Below, one piece after another: positions 1 through 8,756 of a stretch of DNA of 64,000 nt (position 1 is the first letter of the stretch; each line of letters starts with the position of its first letter). The position numbers and the translations under genes are program-made. Below the pieces are notes generated by a model. It did no database searches and was not told the DNA's origin. It saw nothing but the letters and a program-made list of their open reading frames with translations. The stretch lies in the NCBI RefSeq assembly GCF_000006765.1, contig NC_002516.2, one strand, 5' to 3'. This DNA is from Pseudomonas aeruginosa PAO1 (lineage in GTDB: Bacteria; Pseudomonadota; Gammaproteobacteria; Pseudomonadales; Pseudomonadaceae).

Positions 1-754
1 CCTTGAAGGCGGCGATATAGGCCGAGGTCGAGTCGTAGCCGCTGTCCAGGGCGGCGCCGGTGACGCTGTCGCCGGCCTCCAGCGCGTTGAGCGAGGCGAG
101 CAGGCGCTGGCGTTGGCGCCAGAGCCGGTAGTTCATCCCGGTCTCGCGCTGGAACAGGCGCGACAGGGTCTTTTCCGAGGTGCCCAGGCGCTGCGCCCAG
201 TCGCCCATGGTCAGGCTCTGGGTCGGTTCGTCGATCAGTGCCTGGCACAGCCGCAGCAGGCGCGGCTCGCGCGGCATCGGCAGGGAGAAGGCGACCTCCG
301 GCAGCAGCCGCAACTGGTCCAGCAGCACCTGCACCAGCCGCGATTCGGCGCTGTCGCCCTCCGGGTAGTCCACCGGCAACTCGCAGAAACTCTTGATCAG
401 CTCGCGCGCCAGCGGCGTCACCTCCAGCACCCGGCAACGCGTCGGCGCCCAGGCGCAGGCGTCGCCACGGATGTACAGGCTGCGCATCTCGGCGCGGGTG
501 GAGGTGACCACCTCGTGTTCCAGTTGCGCCGGAATCCAGATCGCCCGCTGCGGCGGGGCGAAGAAGCTGCCCTCGGCGGTATGTACGCCGAGCACGCCGC
601 TGATGGCGTAGGAAAGCTGTACCCAGGCGTGCCGGTGGCGCGAGGTCCAAGAGCCGGCGCGCAGGCTTTCGGCGCGCGCGTAGACCGGCCGTGGCAGGCG
701 GGCGAGGGTGGGAATCGGGCGGTGCAGTTCCGCAGGCTGTCCGTTCATCGTCAT
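1..754 (-). CDS. AraC-family transcriptional regulator (cupin + HTH), 3' end beyond the window; PA0163-like
   Basis: Hand translation from ATG at 754 (alternative 748): MTMNGQPAELHRPIPTLARLPRPVYARAESL...HRHAWVQLSYAISG (cupin) and ...AALDSGYDSTSAYIAAFK (AraC HTH) at the window edge. Missing from the ORF track because it runs off the edge. Confidence 0.9.
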   Translation of the reverse strand, partial: MTMNGQPAELHRPIPTLARLPRPVYARAESLRAGSWTSRHRHAWVQLSYAISGVLGVHTAEGSFFAPPQRAIWIPAQLEHEVVTSTRAEMRSLYIRGDACAWAPTRCRVLEVTPLARELIKSFCELPVDYPEGDSAESRLVQVLLDQLRLLPEVAFSLPMPREPRLLRLCQALIDEPTQSLTMGDWAQRLGTSEKTLSRLFQRETGMNYRLWRQRQRLLASLNALEAGDSVTGAALDSGYDSTSAYIAAFK

Positions 755-831
755 GACTTGGCGTCGTGTCGCTAGTCGGCAGAGTCTGGCAGGGCTAACC
801 TGCCGCCTCAAGTTTCCCGGAGCCCACGCCG

Positions 832-2448
832 ATGCTCGACTTCTCCGCCCACGCGCTTCCCTACGCCTCGCAACGTTCGCCGGTCCATGCCCGCCGCGGC
901 ATGGTCGCCACCTCGCAGCCGCAGGCGGCGCAGGTCGGGCTGGAGATATTGCGCCGTGGCGGCAATGCCATCGACGCGGCGATCGCCACCGCCGCCGCGC
1001 TGACGGTGGTCGAGCCGACCGGCTGCGGGATTGGCGGCGATGCCTTCGCCCTGGTCTGGACCCGCGGACGCCTGCACGGCCTGGACGCCAGCGGGCGCGC
1101 GCCGGGCCTGCTCGATCGCGAGCGGGTGCGCGCCGCCGGCCACGAGCGGATGCCGCTGTACGGCTGGACGCCGGTCACCGTGCCGGGCTGTCCGGCGGCC
1201 TGGGGCGAACTGTCGCGGCGCTTCGGCAAATTGCCGTTCGAACAACTGCTGCGGCCGGCGATCGAGCTGGCTCGCGATGGCTTTCCGGTCTCGCCGGTGA
1301 TCGCCCGCCTGTGGCAGAGCGGCCTGGACAAGTTCCGCGCGGCGTTGCCGCAGCGGCCCGAGCTACGGGCCTGGTTCGACGAGTTCCTCATCGACGGCCG
1401 GGCGCCGCGCGCCGGCGAGGTGTTCCGCCAGCCGGGCCAGGCCGACACCCTGGACGAGCTGGCGCGCAGCCAGTGCGAAAGCTTCTATCGCGGCGAGCTG
1501 GCCAGGGCCATCGTCGGCCACGCCGAGTGCAGCGGCGGCTACCTGCGCGCGGAGGACCTGGCCGGCTACCAGGCGAAGTGGGTCGAACCGATCTCGCTGA
1601 ACTACCGTGGCTATGACGTCTGGGAGATTCCGCCGAGCGGCCAGGGCCTGATCGCCCTGATGACCCTGAACATCCTCAAGGGCTTCGAATTCGGCGAGCG
1701 CGACTGCGCGCGGACCTGGCATCGCCAACTGGAGGCGATGAAGCTGGCGTACGTCGACGGGCTGCACTACATCAGCCAGCCGCAGTCGATGCGGGTCTCG
1801 GTCGAGGAACTGCTGCACGAGGACTACGCCGCCAGCCGCCGTGCGCTGATCGGCGAGCGCGCGCTCGATCCCAGCCCCGGCCAGCCGAGGCCGGGCGGCA
1901 CGGTGTACCTGGCCTGTGGCGACGAGGAGGGCAACCTGGTCTCGTTCATCCAGAGCAACTACCACGGCTTCGGCTCCGGCGTGGTGGTGCCCGGCACCGG
2001 CATCGCCTTGCAGAACCGCGGCGCCGAGTTCAGCCTCGATCCGGACCACGTGAATTGCCTGGAGCCGGGCAAGCAGACCTTCCACACCATCATTCCCGGT
2101 TTCCTCAGCAAGGACGGCGTGCCGCTCGGCCCGTTCGGCGTGATGGGCGCCTATATGCAGCCGCAGGGCCACGTGCAGATGGTGATGAACCTGGTGGACT
2201 TCGGCCTCAACCCCCAGGCTGCCCTCGACGCGCCGCGCTGGCAGTGGCTGGGCGGGCTGCGCGTCGGCATCGAACATGCCGCGCCGCGCGCGCTGGCGGC
2301 GGAGCTGGCGCAGCGTGGGCACCAGGTGGAGATCGCCTACGACTCGACCAGCTACGGGCGCGGCCAGATCGTCCTGCGCGACCCGGCCAGCGGCGTGCTC
2401 TGTGGCGGCACCGAGCCGCGCACCGATTCGCAGATCGCGGTGTGGTGA
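832..2448 (+). CDS. Gamma-glutamyltransferase-family Ntn hydrolase, cytoplasmic YwrD/HpxW-like subgroup; PA0164-like
   Basis: 538 aa with GGNAIDAA, VVEPTGCGIGGD, nucleophile Thr in GGTVYL and NRG motif; no signal peptide. Confidence 0.9.
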   Translation: MLDFSAHALPYASQRSPVHARRGMVATSQPQAAQVGLEILRRGGNAIDAAIATAAALTVVEPTGCGIGGDAFALVWTRGRLHGLDASGRAPGLLDRERVRAAGHERMPLYGWTPVTVPGCPAAWGELSRRFGKLPFEQLLRPAIELARDGFPVSPVIARLWQSGLDKFRAALPQRPELRAWFDEFLIDGRAPRAGEVFRQPGQADTLDELARSQCESFYRGELARAIVGHAECSGGYLRAEDLAGYQAKWVEPISLNYRGYDVWEIPPSGQGLIALMTLNILKGFEFGERDCARTWHRQLEAMKLAYVDGLHYISQPQSMRVSVEELLHEDYAASRRALIGERALDPSPGQPRPGGTVYLACGDEEGNLVSFIQSNYHGFGSGVVVPGTGIALQNRGAEFSLDPDHVNCLEPGKQTFHTIIPGFLSKDGVPLGPFGVMGAYMQPQGHVQMVMNLVDFGLNPQAALDAPRWQWLGGLRVGIEHAAPRALAAELAQRGHQVEIAYDSTSYGRGQIVLRDPASGVLCGGTEPRTDSQIAVW

Positions 2449-2483
2449 GGGGACCCATGTGGGTGAGGCGGGGAGACCTGTCC

Positions 2484-2516
2484 GGCGGATAATGCCCAAG
2501 GCGTATCCACCCTGCG
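2484..2516. repeat. Degenerate Pseudomonas REP-like hairpin
   Basis: GGCGGATAAT-GCC-CAA-GGC-GTATCCACC-CTGCG resembles the P. aeruginosa REP pattern GGCGGATAAC-GCCNNNGGC-GTTATCCGCC-CTACG as I recall it; lies just after the GGT stop. Confidence 0.55.
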
Positions 2517-3029
2517 GATGACGAAGCAAGAAGACCCGGCAGGCATAGGCTGCCAGGCGACCCGTACTCGAGCGCGCTCCGCTACGCAACATCGAGAGCG
2601 CCTTCTGGATGTCATGCCACCGGAGTCTCCCAGGCCCTGGCGAATTTACGTCCGGGTGTCCTGAAACCCGACGAAAAACCCCATTCGGGGATGAATTCCG
2701 CCCGCCGTCTCTGGCATCATCCGCGCCGCTTCTCGCCCGAACGCCGGGGCGGTAATGTGTAGAAAGACCACGCACTGTTTTGTGTACAAAAGTCTGCTGA
2801 TTCTTTTTGTCACAAATCGTTTTTGTGTATCCAGTTTTCTTCGCGCTGCCAACCCAAAGTCGAGCACGCCCCTCCCGACCACGCACCAGTGCAAGGCAAA
2901 AACTGTCCTTGGGGTCAGGTTTTTGCCGTCGTAGAGAGGTTGGAGGCATTTCGCCGCCTTTGTCCAAAACACTGAAAAAACAGGCGTTCCCTTCGCCGCA
3001 GGAAACCCGGCGAAGCGCCCGCGCCGTCT

Positions 3030-3045
3030 TGGCTTCGTTCTTGCT
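3030..3045 (+). promoter_or_regulatory. Candidate sigma54 (-24/-12) promoter of the Tsx-like porin gene
   Basis: TGGCTT-CGTTC-TTGCT: GG at 3031-32 and GC at 3043-44 with an exact 10-nt spacing; consensus is TGGCAC-N5-TTGCW. Confidence 0.65.
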
Positions 3046-3058
3046 ATCCATGGCGAGG

Positions 3059-3076
3059 CCTGACCGCTCGGACAGG
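3059..3076. promoter_or_regulatory. Candidate RutR-type operator 1
   Basis: CC-TGACC-GCTC-GGACA-GG; the RutR box core is TGACC-N4-GGTCA. Lies immediately downstream of the predicted sigma54 start site. Confidence 0.55.
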
Positions 3077-3119
3077 TTCGCCCACTAGAAGAAAAGCTAT
3101 TCACTCCAGGAGCGTTTCA

Positions 3120-3956
3120 ATGAGCCGCACACTCGCCACCGTGATGCTAGCCGGGGGGCTACTGGCCGCAGGCCAGGCTGTCGCCGAAGACCATGACATG
3201 ACGCCGACCCACGAGACCGACTCGGGGCCGCTGCTCTGGCACAACGAGAGCCTGACCTACCTCTACGGCAAGAACTTCAAGATCAACCCGCCGATCCAGC
3301 AGACCTTCACCCTGGAACATGCCAGCGGCTGGACCTGGGGCGACCTGTTCATCTTCTTCGACCAGATCAACTACAACGGCAAGGAAGACGCCAGCAACGG
3401 CAAGAACACCTACTACGGCGAGATCACTCCGCGCCTGAGCTTCGGCAAGCTCACCGGAGCGGACCTCTCCTTCGGCCCGGTGAAGGACGTGCTGCTGGCC
3501 GGCACCTACGAGTTCGGCGAAGGCGACACCGAGGCCTACCTGCTCGGCCCGGGCTTCGACCTGGCGATCCCCGGCTTCGACTACTTCCAGCTCAACTTCT
3601 ACTACCGCAAGCCCGACGGCAACCGCGTGCGCGCCGGCGCCTGGCAGATCACCCCGGTGTGGTCCTACACCATTCCGGTGGGCAACTCCGACATCCTCAT
3701 CGACGGCTACATGGACTGGGTGATCAACAACAAGAGCGCCAGCACCAGCCGCCGCAACCAGAGCGACTATCACGCCAACCTGCACTTCAACCCACAGGTC
3801 AAGTACGACCTGGGCAAGGCCCTCGGCTACGAGCCTAAGCACCTGTACGTGGGCCTGGAGTACGACTACTGGTCCGACAAGTACGGTGTGAAGGACTCGC
3901 AGTACTTCACCACCGACCAGAACACCGCAAGCTTCCTGGTCAAGTACCACTTCTGA
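3120..3956 (+). CDS. Tsx-like nucleoside/purine-specific outer-membrane channel; PA0165-like
   Basis: 278 aa with a signal peptide, TLEHASGWTWGDLFIFFD motif, amphipathic beta-strands and C-terminal Phe; GGAG RBS upstream. Confidence 0.8.
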   Translation: MSRTLATVMLAGGLLAAGQAVAEDHDMTPTHETDSGPLLWHNESLTYLYGKNFKINPPIQQTFTLEHASGWTWGDLFIFFDQINYNGKEDASNGKNTYYGEITPRLSFGKLTGADLSFGPVKDVLLAGTYEFGEGDTEAYLLGPGFDLAIPGFDYFQLNFYYRKPDGNRVRAGAWQITPVWSYTIPVGNSDILIDGYMDWVINNKSASTSRRNQSDYHANLHFNPQVKYDLGKALGYEPKHLYVGLEYDYWSDKYGVKDSQYFTTDQNTASFLVKYHF

Positions 3957-4014
3957 GTCCGTCGCGCGGGGCTGCCGGCCGGGCCCCGCCAGCGCGCCCC
4001 GTCATTGCGCGCCG

Positions 4015-4031
4015 TGCATCGGCACGGTGCG
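4015..4031. promoter_or_regulatory. Candidate NtrC enhancer site
   Basis: TGCATC-GGCAC-GGTGCG matches TGCACC-N5-GGTGCA at 10/12 positions, about 100 bp upstream of the sigma54 motif at 4132-4147. Confidence 0.5.
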
Positions 4032-4120
4032 CGACGGTCGCCTTCTTCGTCCTTGCGTTTGCCTCCCGTTGTCCGCTCGACCCACGCCGGGCGCGCCTTG
4101 CAGCCTGAGCGGCAGGAATA

Positions 4121-4147
4121 AGCTGATCACCTGGACAGCTTTTTGCA
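4121..4147 (+). promoter_or_regulatory. Candidate RutR-type operator 2 overlapping a candidate sigma54 promoter of the NCS2 permease
   Basis: AGC-TGATC-ACCT-GGACA-GCT (4121-4140). TGG-ACAGCTTTTT-GCA has GG at 4133-34 and GC at 4145-46, 10 nt apart. Confidence 0.5.
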
Positions 4148-4197
4148 GAAGCCGTGCAACCTCCTCCTGTCCGAGGAGCGCCACTTGAGACGGCCCG

Positions 4198-5604
4198 ATG
4201 CATAGCGAAGACCAACGCCCCAACGACCTCATCTACGGCCTCGACGACCGGCCGCGCCCGCTTCCCGCCTTCCTTGCCGCGCTACAGCACGTGCTGGCCA
4301 GCTTCGTCGGCATCGTCACTCCGCCGCTGGTGATCGGCTCGCTGCTCGGCCTCGGCGAGCACCTGCCGTACTTGATCAGCATGGCGCTGATGGTTTCCGG
4401 CGCCGGCACCCTGATCCAGGCGCGCCGGCCGTTCGGCATCGGCGCCGGGATGATCTGCCTGCAAGGCACCAGCTTCGCCTTCCTCGGCGCCGTGCTGGCC
4501 GCCGGGATGCTGGTGAAGCAGCGCGGCGGCGGTCCCGAGGAGATCCTCGCGATGATCTTCGGCGTGTGCTTCTTCGGCGCCTTCGTGCAGATCGTCCTCA
4601 GTCGTTTCCTCGGCCATCTTCGCCGGGTGATCACGCCGCTGGTCACCGGCATCGTCATCACCCTGATCGGCGTCAGCCTGATCAAGGTCGGCATCACCGA
4701 CCTCGGCGGCGGAGCCGGGGCCACGGACTTCGGCGCACCGGCCAATCTCGCGCTGGGCGCGCTGGTGCTGCTGAGCATCGTCCTGCTGAACCGCTCGCGC
4801 CTGCCCTGGCTGCGCCTGGCCGCCATCGTCATCGGCCTGGCGCTGGGTACCCTGGCGGCCTGGGCGACCGGCCTGTTCGTTCCGCGGGCGTTGCCCGAGC
4901 TGCCGCTGGTCAGCCTGCCGCAGCCGTTCCGCTTCGGCTTCGCCTTCGACTGGATGGCCTTCCTGCCGGTGGCGCTGATCTACCTGATCAGCAGCATCGA
5001 GACGGTCGGCGATCTGACCGCCAACTGCATGCTCTCGCGGCAGCCCCTGGAGGGACCGGCGTACCTGCAGCGGTTGCGCGGCGGGGTGCTCGGCGACGGC
5101 GTCAGTTGCCTGCTGGCAGCCACCTTCAGCGCCTTCCCGAACACCACCTTCGCGCAGAACAACGGGGTGATCCAGCTCACCGGGGTGGCCAGCCGGCACG
5201 TCGGGATCTATATCGGCGGCGTGTTGCTGGCGCTCGGCCTGTTCCCCTGGGTCGGCGCGATCCTCCAGCAGATCCCCAAGCCGGTGCTCGGTGGCGCCAC
5301 CCTGGTGATGTTCGGCAGCGTCGCCGCCGCCGGCATCCGCATTCTCGGCCAGACCGCGATGGACCGCCGCAGCGTGCTGATCATCGCCGCCTCGTTCGGC
5401 GTCGGCCTCGGCGTGGCCGCGCAGCCGACCCTGCTCGACCAGATGCCGGCGGTGGTGAAGACCCTGTTCGACTCGGCGATCACCAGCGGCGGCATCACCG
5501 CCATCCTGCTCAACCTGCTGCTGCCCGAGGAGCGCGTTGCCGAAGCGGCGCAGGCCAGCGCGAAGGGCGGCGCCCTGGCGCGCTGGCGCAAGCCGCTGGG
5601 TTGA
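4198..5604 (+). CDS. NCS2/NAT family xanthine permease (XanQ-like); PA0166-like
   Basis: 468-aa polytopic membrane protein with LQH in TM1 and the NAT signature FAQNNGVIQLTG. Confidence 0.9.
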   Translation: MHSEDQRPNDLIYGLDDRPRPLPAFLAALQHVLASFVGIVTPPLVIGSLLGLGEHLPYLISMALMVSGAGTLIQARRPFGIGAGMICLQGTSFAFLGAVLAAGMLVKQRGGGPEEILAMIFGVCFFGAFVQIVLSRFLGHLRRVITPLVTGIVITLIGVSLIKVGITDLGGGAGATDFGAPANLALGALVLLSIVLLNRSRLPWLRLAAIVIGLALGTLAAWATGLFVPRALPELPLVSLPQPFRFGFAFDWMAFLPVALIYLISSIETVGDLTANCMLSRQPLEGPAYLQRLRGGVLGDGVSCLLAATFSAFPNTTFAQNNGVIQLTGVASRHVGIYIGGVLLALGLFPWVGAILQQIPKPVLGGATLVMFGSVAAAGIRILGQTAMDRRSVLIIAASFGVGLGVAAQPTLLDQMPAVVKTLFDSAITSGGITAILLNLLLPEERVAEAAQASAKGGALARWRKPLG

Positions 5605-5696
5605 TACGGGCGTTTGCAAATTTTTCCGCGCCTGGCTTGTGTCCCGCGGCCGGGCTGGGGTATCAACGCGGGGATCACGCCGATGGAAACCTGCGC

Positions 5697-6362
5697 ATGA
5701 CCCTGACAGTGCCCGCCCACGACCCGGCCGCCCGCGACAAGCCGGCCGGGCGCATCCGCCAGAAGAACGAGGAGGCGATCCTCGCCGCGGCCGAGGAGGA
5801 GTTCGCCCGCCACGGCTTCAAGGGCACCAGCATGAACACCATCGCGCAGAACGTCGGCCTGCCCAAGGCCAACCTGCACTACTACTTCGGCAACAAGCTG
5901 GGCCTCTACACGGCGGTGCTGAGCAACATCCTCGAACTCTGGGACAGTACCTTCAACACCCTCGGCGTCGACGACGATCCGGCCGAGGCGCTGGCCCGCT
6001 ACATCCGCGCCAAGATGGAGTTCTCCCGCCGCTACCCGCTGGCCTCGCGGATCTTCGCCATGGAGATCATCAGCGGCGGCGAGTGCCTCACCGCGCATTT
6101 CAACCAGGACTACCGCAGCTGGTTCCGCGGCCGCGCCGCGGTATTCGAGGCCTGGATCGCCGCCGGCCGGATGGACCCGGTGGATCCCGTGCACCTGATC
6201 TTCCTGCTCTGGGGCAGCACCCAGCACTACGCCGACTTCGCCAGCCAGATCGGCCTGGTCACCGGCCGCAAGCGCATGTCCAGGCAGGACTTCGCCGCCG
6301 CCGCCGACAACCTGGTGCGGATCATCCTCAAGGGCTGCGGACTGACCCCGCCGGCGGCCTGA
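5697..6362 (+). CDS. TetR-family regulator, RutR-like; PA0167-like
   Basis: 221 aa from ATG 5697. HTH AEEEFARHGFKGTSMNTIAQNVGLPKANLHYYF; RutR-type C-terminus (SRIFAMEIISG, IWGSTQHYADF-like LWGSTQHYADF). Confidence 0.88.
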   Translation: MTLTVPAHDPAARDKPAGRIRQKNEEAILAAAEEEFARHGFKGTSMNTIAQNVGLPKANLHYYFGNKLGLYTAVLSNILELWDSTFNTLGVDDDPAEALARYIRAKMEFSRRYPLASRIFAMEIISGGECLTAHFNQDYRSWFRGRAAVFEAWIAAGRMDPVDPVHLIFLLWGSTQHYADFASQIGLVTGRKRMSRQDFAAAADNLVRIILKGCGLTPPAA

Positions 6363-6367
6363 ACGCG

Positions 6368-6958
6368 ATGCCGAGCACCCTGCAAGGCCTCGCCGAATAC
6401 CGCGAGGAAATCCGCAAGAGCCGCTTCCACACCATCGCCGCGCCGGTGGCCGACGAGGACGAGGCGCAGGCGTTCATCGCCGCCCACCGCGACGCTTCCG
6501 CCGGACACAACTGCTGGGCCTGGAAGTGCGGCGCGCAGTACCGCTTCAGCGACGACGGCGAACCCGGCGGCAGCGCCGGGCGGCCGATCCTGGCGGCCAT
6601 CGAGGGACAGGACATGGACTGCGTGGCGGTGCTGGTCAGCCGCTGGTTCGGTGGCATCAAGCTCGGCACCGGCGGCCTCGCCCGCGCCTATGGCGGCGGC
6701 GCGGCCAAGTGCCTGCAGCAGGCGCCGCGCAGCGAGCTGGTCGAGCGCTGTCGGGTGCGCTTCGCCTGTGCCTTCGCCGACCACGCGCTGCTCAAGGCGC
6801 GCAGCCTGGCGCTGGGCGCCAGCGTGGCGGCCGAAGACTACGGCGCCGACGGCGTCGTCCTGACCCTGGAGTTGCCGGTGGCGCGCTTCGAGGCGCTTCA
6901 GGCGCTGCTGGTGGACCTCAGCCGAGGCCAGGTGCGGCCGCAGCGGCTGGACGCCTGA
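6368..6958 (+). CDS. yigZ: IMPACT/YigZ family protein
   Basis: 196 aa from ATG 6368 with IRKSRF, HNCWAW, FSDDGEPGGSAGRP and RWFGGIKLGTGGLARAY motifs. Confidence 0.9.
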   Translation: MPSTLQGLAEYREEIRKSRFHTIAAPVADEDEAQAFIAAHRDASAGHNCWAWKCGAQYRFSDDGEPGGSAGRPILAAIEGQDMDCVAVLVSRWFGGIKLGTGGLARAYGGGAAKCLQQAPRSELVERCRVRFACAFADHALLKARSLALGASVAAEDYGADGVVLTLELPVARFEALQALLVDLSRGQVRPQRLDA

Positions 6959-6964
6959 GGAGGC

Positions 6965-7792
6965 TCAGCGCGCTGGAGCCGGGCGGGAAGGGGCAGGAAG
7001 CGGCGGGAGCGCGGCGAACACGCATTTGTCGCGGCCGCTGCGCTTGGCGTCGAGCAGTGCGGCGTCGGCGCGATTGACGGTCTGCGAATAGGTTTCGCCG
7101 ATGCGGTGTTCGGTAACGCCGACGCTGGCGGTGACGCTCAGCGCCTCGGTGCCGACGCGTACCGCCAGGGTCCGTACGCTGTCGCGCACCCGCTCGAGTA
7201 CCGGGCCGGCGTCCTGCAGGCGGGTCTGCGGCAGCAGCAGGAGGAATTCCTCGCCGCCCCAGCGGCCGCAGAGGTCGTATTCGCGTAGCTCGGACTCCAT
7301 GGCCCGGGCGATTTCCACCAGCACCCGGTCACCGCTGTCGTGGCCCCAGGTATCGTTGACCTGCTTGAAGAAGTCCACATCGAGCATTGCCAGCACGTAG
7401 CTCTGGCCGTGGCGCTGGGAGCGTTCGTTCTCCTCCCTGAGGCGCTCCAGCAGCATGCGTCGGTTGGGCAGGCCGGTCAGCGGGTCGCGGATCGAGGCTT
7501 CCTTCAGCGCCAGGTTGAGGTCGCGCATCATCTGCTGGTAGCGGTCGGAGATCCGCGCCACCTTTTCCAGGCGCCGCAGCTGCTTGTGGTAGCGCTCGGA
7601 CAGCGACAGGTTCTGCTCCCGCGCCATCGACTGGAAACCGTCGGAGATCCGGGCGATGCGCTCCAGCCGCACCAGTTGCTCCAGCGATTGCTGGCGCAGG
7701 CGGGCCAGCGCCTGGTGCAGCGGATGCCCGTGGAACTGCGGATCGGCCAGCAGGCCGTCGATCCAGGCGTCCAGTTCGCGTTCGCGGCTCAT
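6965..7792 (-). CDS. siaD: Diguanylate cyclase SiaD
   Basis: 275 aa: coiled-coil N-terminus, DPLTGLPNRR, GGEEF active site and an intact RxxD I-site (REYD) five residues upstream. Confidence 0.93.
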   Translation of the reverse strand: MSRERELDAWIDGLLADPQFHGHPLHQALARLRQQSLEQLVRLERIARISDGFQSMAREQNLSLSERYHKQLRRLEKVARISDRYQQMMRDLNLALKEASIRDPLTGLPNRRMLLERLREENERSQRHGQSYVLAMLDVDFFKQVNDTWGHDSGDRVLVEIARAMESELREYDLCGRWGGEEFLLLLPQTRLQDAGPVLERVRDSVRTLAVRVGTEALSVTASVGVTEHRIGETYSQTVNRADAALLDAKRSGRDKCVFAALPPLPAPSRPAPAR

Positions 7793-7798
7793 CGTCGG

Positions 7799-8179
7799 CT
7801 ACTCGTCGTGGGCCTGGATGGCGAAGGGGAAGCTGCAGTCCTCGCGGAACTCCTCGGCCAGCTCGGCGACCCGTTCGTTGCGCCGGTCGTAGTGCCAGCG
7901 CAGGCTGACCGGGCGACCGCCCTGGTGGGCCTCTTCGAGCAGGTCGAGGATGTCCATCATGGCCTTGATCGAACTGGTGTTCAGGTACAGCAGGCGCAGG
8001 TCCAGTTCCAGCGGCCGCTGCCCGTCGGCGAGGAAGCGCTCGACCCAGTCGATCACCTGGCCGAACAGTTCATAGGAGTTTTCCGGGTAGGAATCGCCTT
8101 GCATGGACAGGCGTCCGGCCTGCCAGTCGCCCTGGATGGCGGGCGTGGACTGGGTGCCGGGTATGTGCAGGTCACTCAT
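7799..8179 (-). CDS. siaC: SiaC, DUF1987 STAS-like phospho-switch protein
   Basis: 126 aa with GDSYPEN and YLNTSSIK motifs; position in the sia operon. Confidence 0.9.
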   Translation of the reverse strand: MSDLHIPGTQSTPAIQGDWQAGRLSMQGDSYPENSYELFGQVIDWVERFLADGQRPLELDLRLLYLNTSSIKAMMDILDLLEEAHQGGRPVSLRWHYDRRNERVAELAEEFREDCSFPFAIQAHDE

Positions 8180-8205
8180 GATGGTGTTCTTCCTAAAACA
8201 CGGGG

Positions 8206-8748
8206 TCAGATCACGGCGCGCAGGCTGAAGAAGGCGCGCCCGTCGGGCTGTTCCTTCAGCGATGCGGCCAGTGGTTCGCTGGACTTGCGGGCGATGTCCA
8301 GCAGGCCGAGACCGGCTCCGCTGGCGCAGCCGCTGTCGCGCGGGCGGCGTAGCTGCTCCTTGTAGGCGGCCTTGAGGGCGGCCTTGTCGAGGTTGGCGAT
8401 GGCCTGGATGCTGCGCACCAGGCTCTGGCCGTCGTCGCGTTCCACCAGGTTGCCGGCGGACACCACGTAGTGGCCGTCCTCGTTGCGGGCGATGGCTACC
8501 GTGGCCGCCGCCTCGTGTTCGCCGTAGCCCTTGAGATTGGCGTAGTGGCGGATGTTCTGGGTCATCTCGATGTACACCGCGAAGACGTCCATCGCTTCGC
8601 TCGGCTTGGCCTGTTCGGCGTGCAGGTAGTTGCGCAGCGCGTGGCCTATCTCCTCGATCAGGCTGCGCGAGATCGGTCCGTTGAAGCAGAGCAGGATGCG
8701 TTGGCGGGTGTAGCTTTCACGCATGGCCAGCAGGTCTAGCGTTTCCAT
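8206..8748 (-). CDS. siaB: SiaB, GHKL-like protein kinase
   Basis: 180 aa with IEMTQNIRHY (N-box) and GAGLGLLDIARKS (G-box). Confidence 0.9.
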   Translation of the reverse strand: METLDLLAMRESYTRQRILLCFNGPISRSLIEEIGHALRNYLHAEQAKPSEAMDVFAVYIEMTQNIRHYANLKGYGEHEAAATVAIARNEDGHYVVSAGNLVERDDGQSLVRSIQAIANLDKAALKAAYKEQLRRPRDSGCASGAGLGLLDIARKSSEPLAASLKEQPDGRAFFSLRAVI

Positions 8749-8756
8749 GGGTGCCC

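Noticed and set aside
1363-3104. Minus-strand ORFs 1363-3051 (562 aa) and 2646-3104 (152 aa) crossing the long intergenic region
   Set aside because: No RBS or motifs and atypical composition. One is mostly antisense to the GGT, and both overlap promoter elements.
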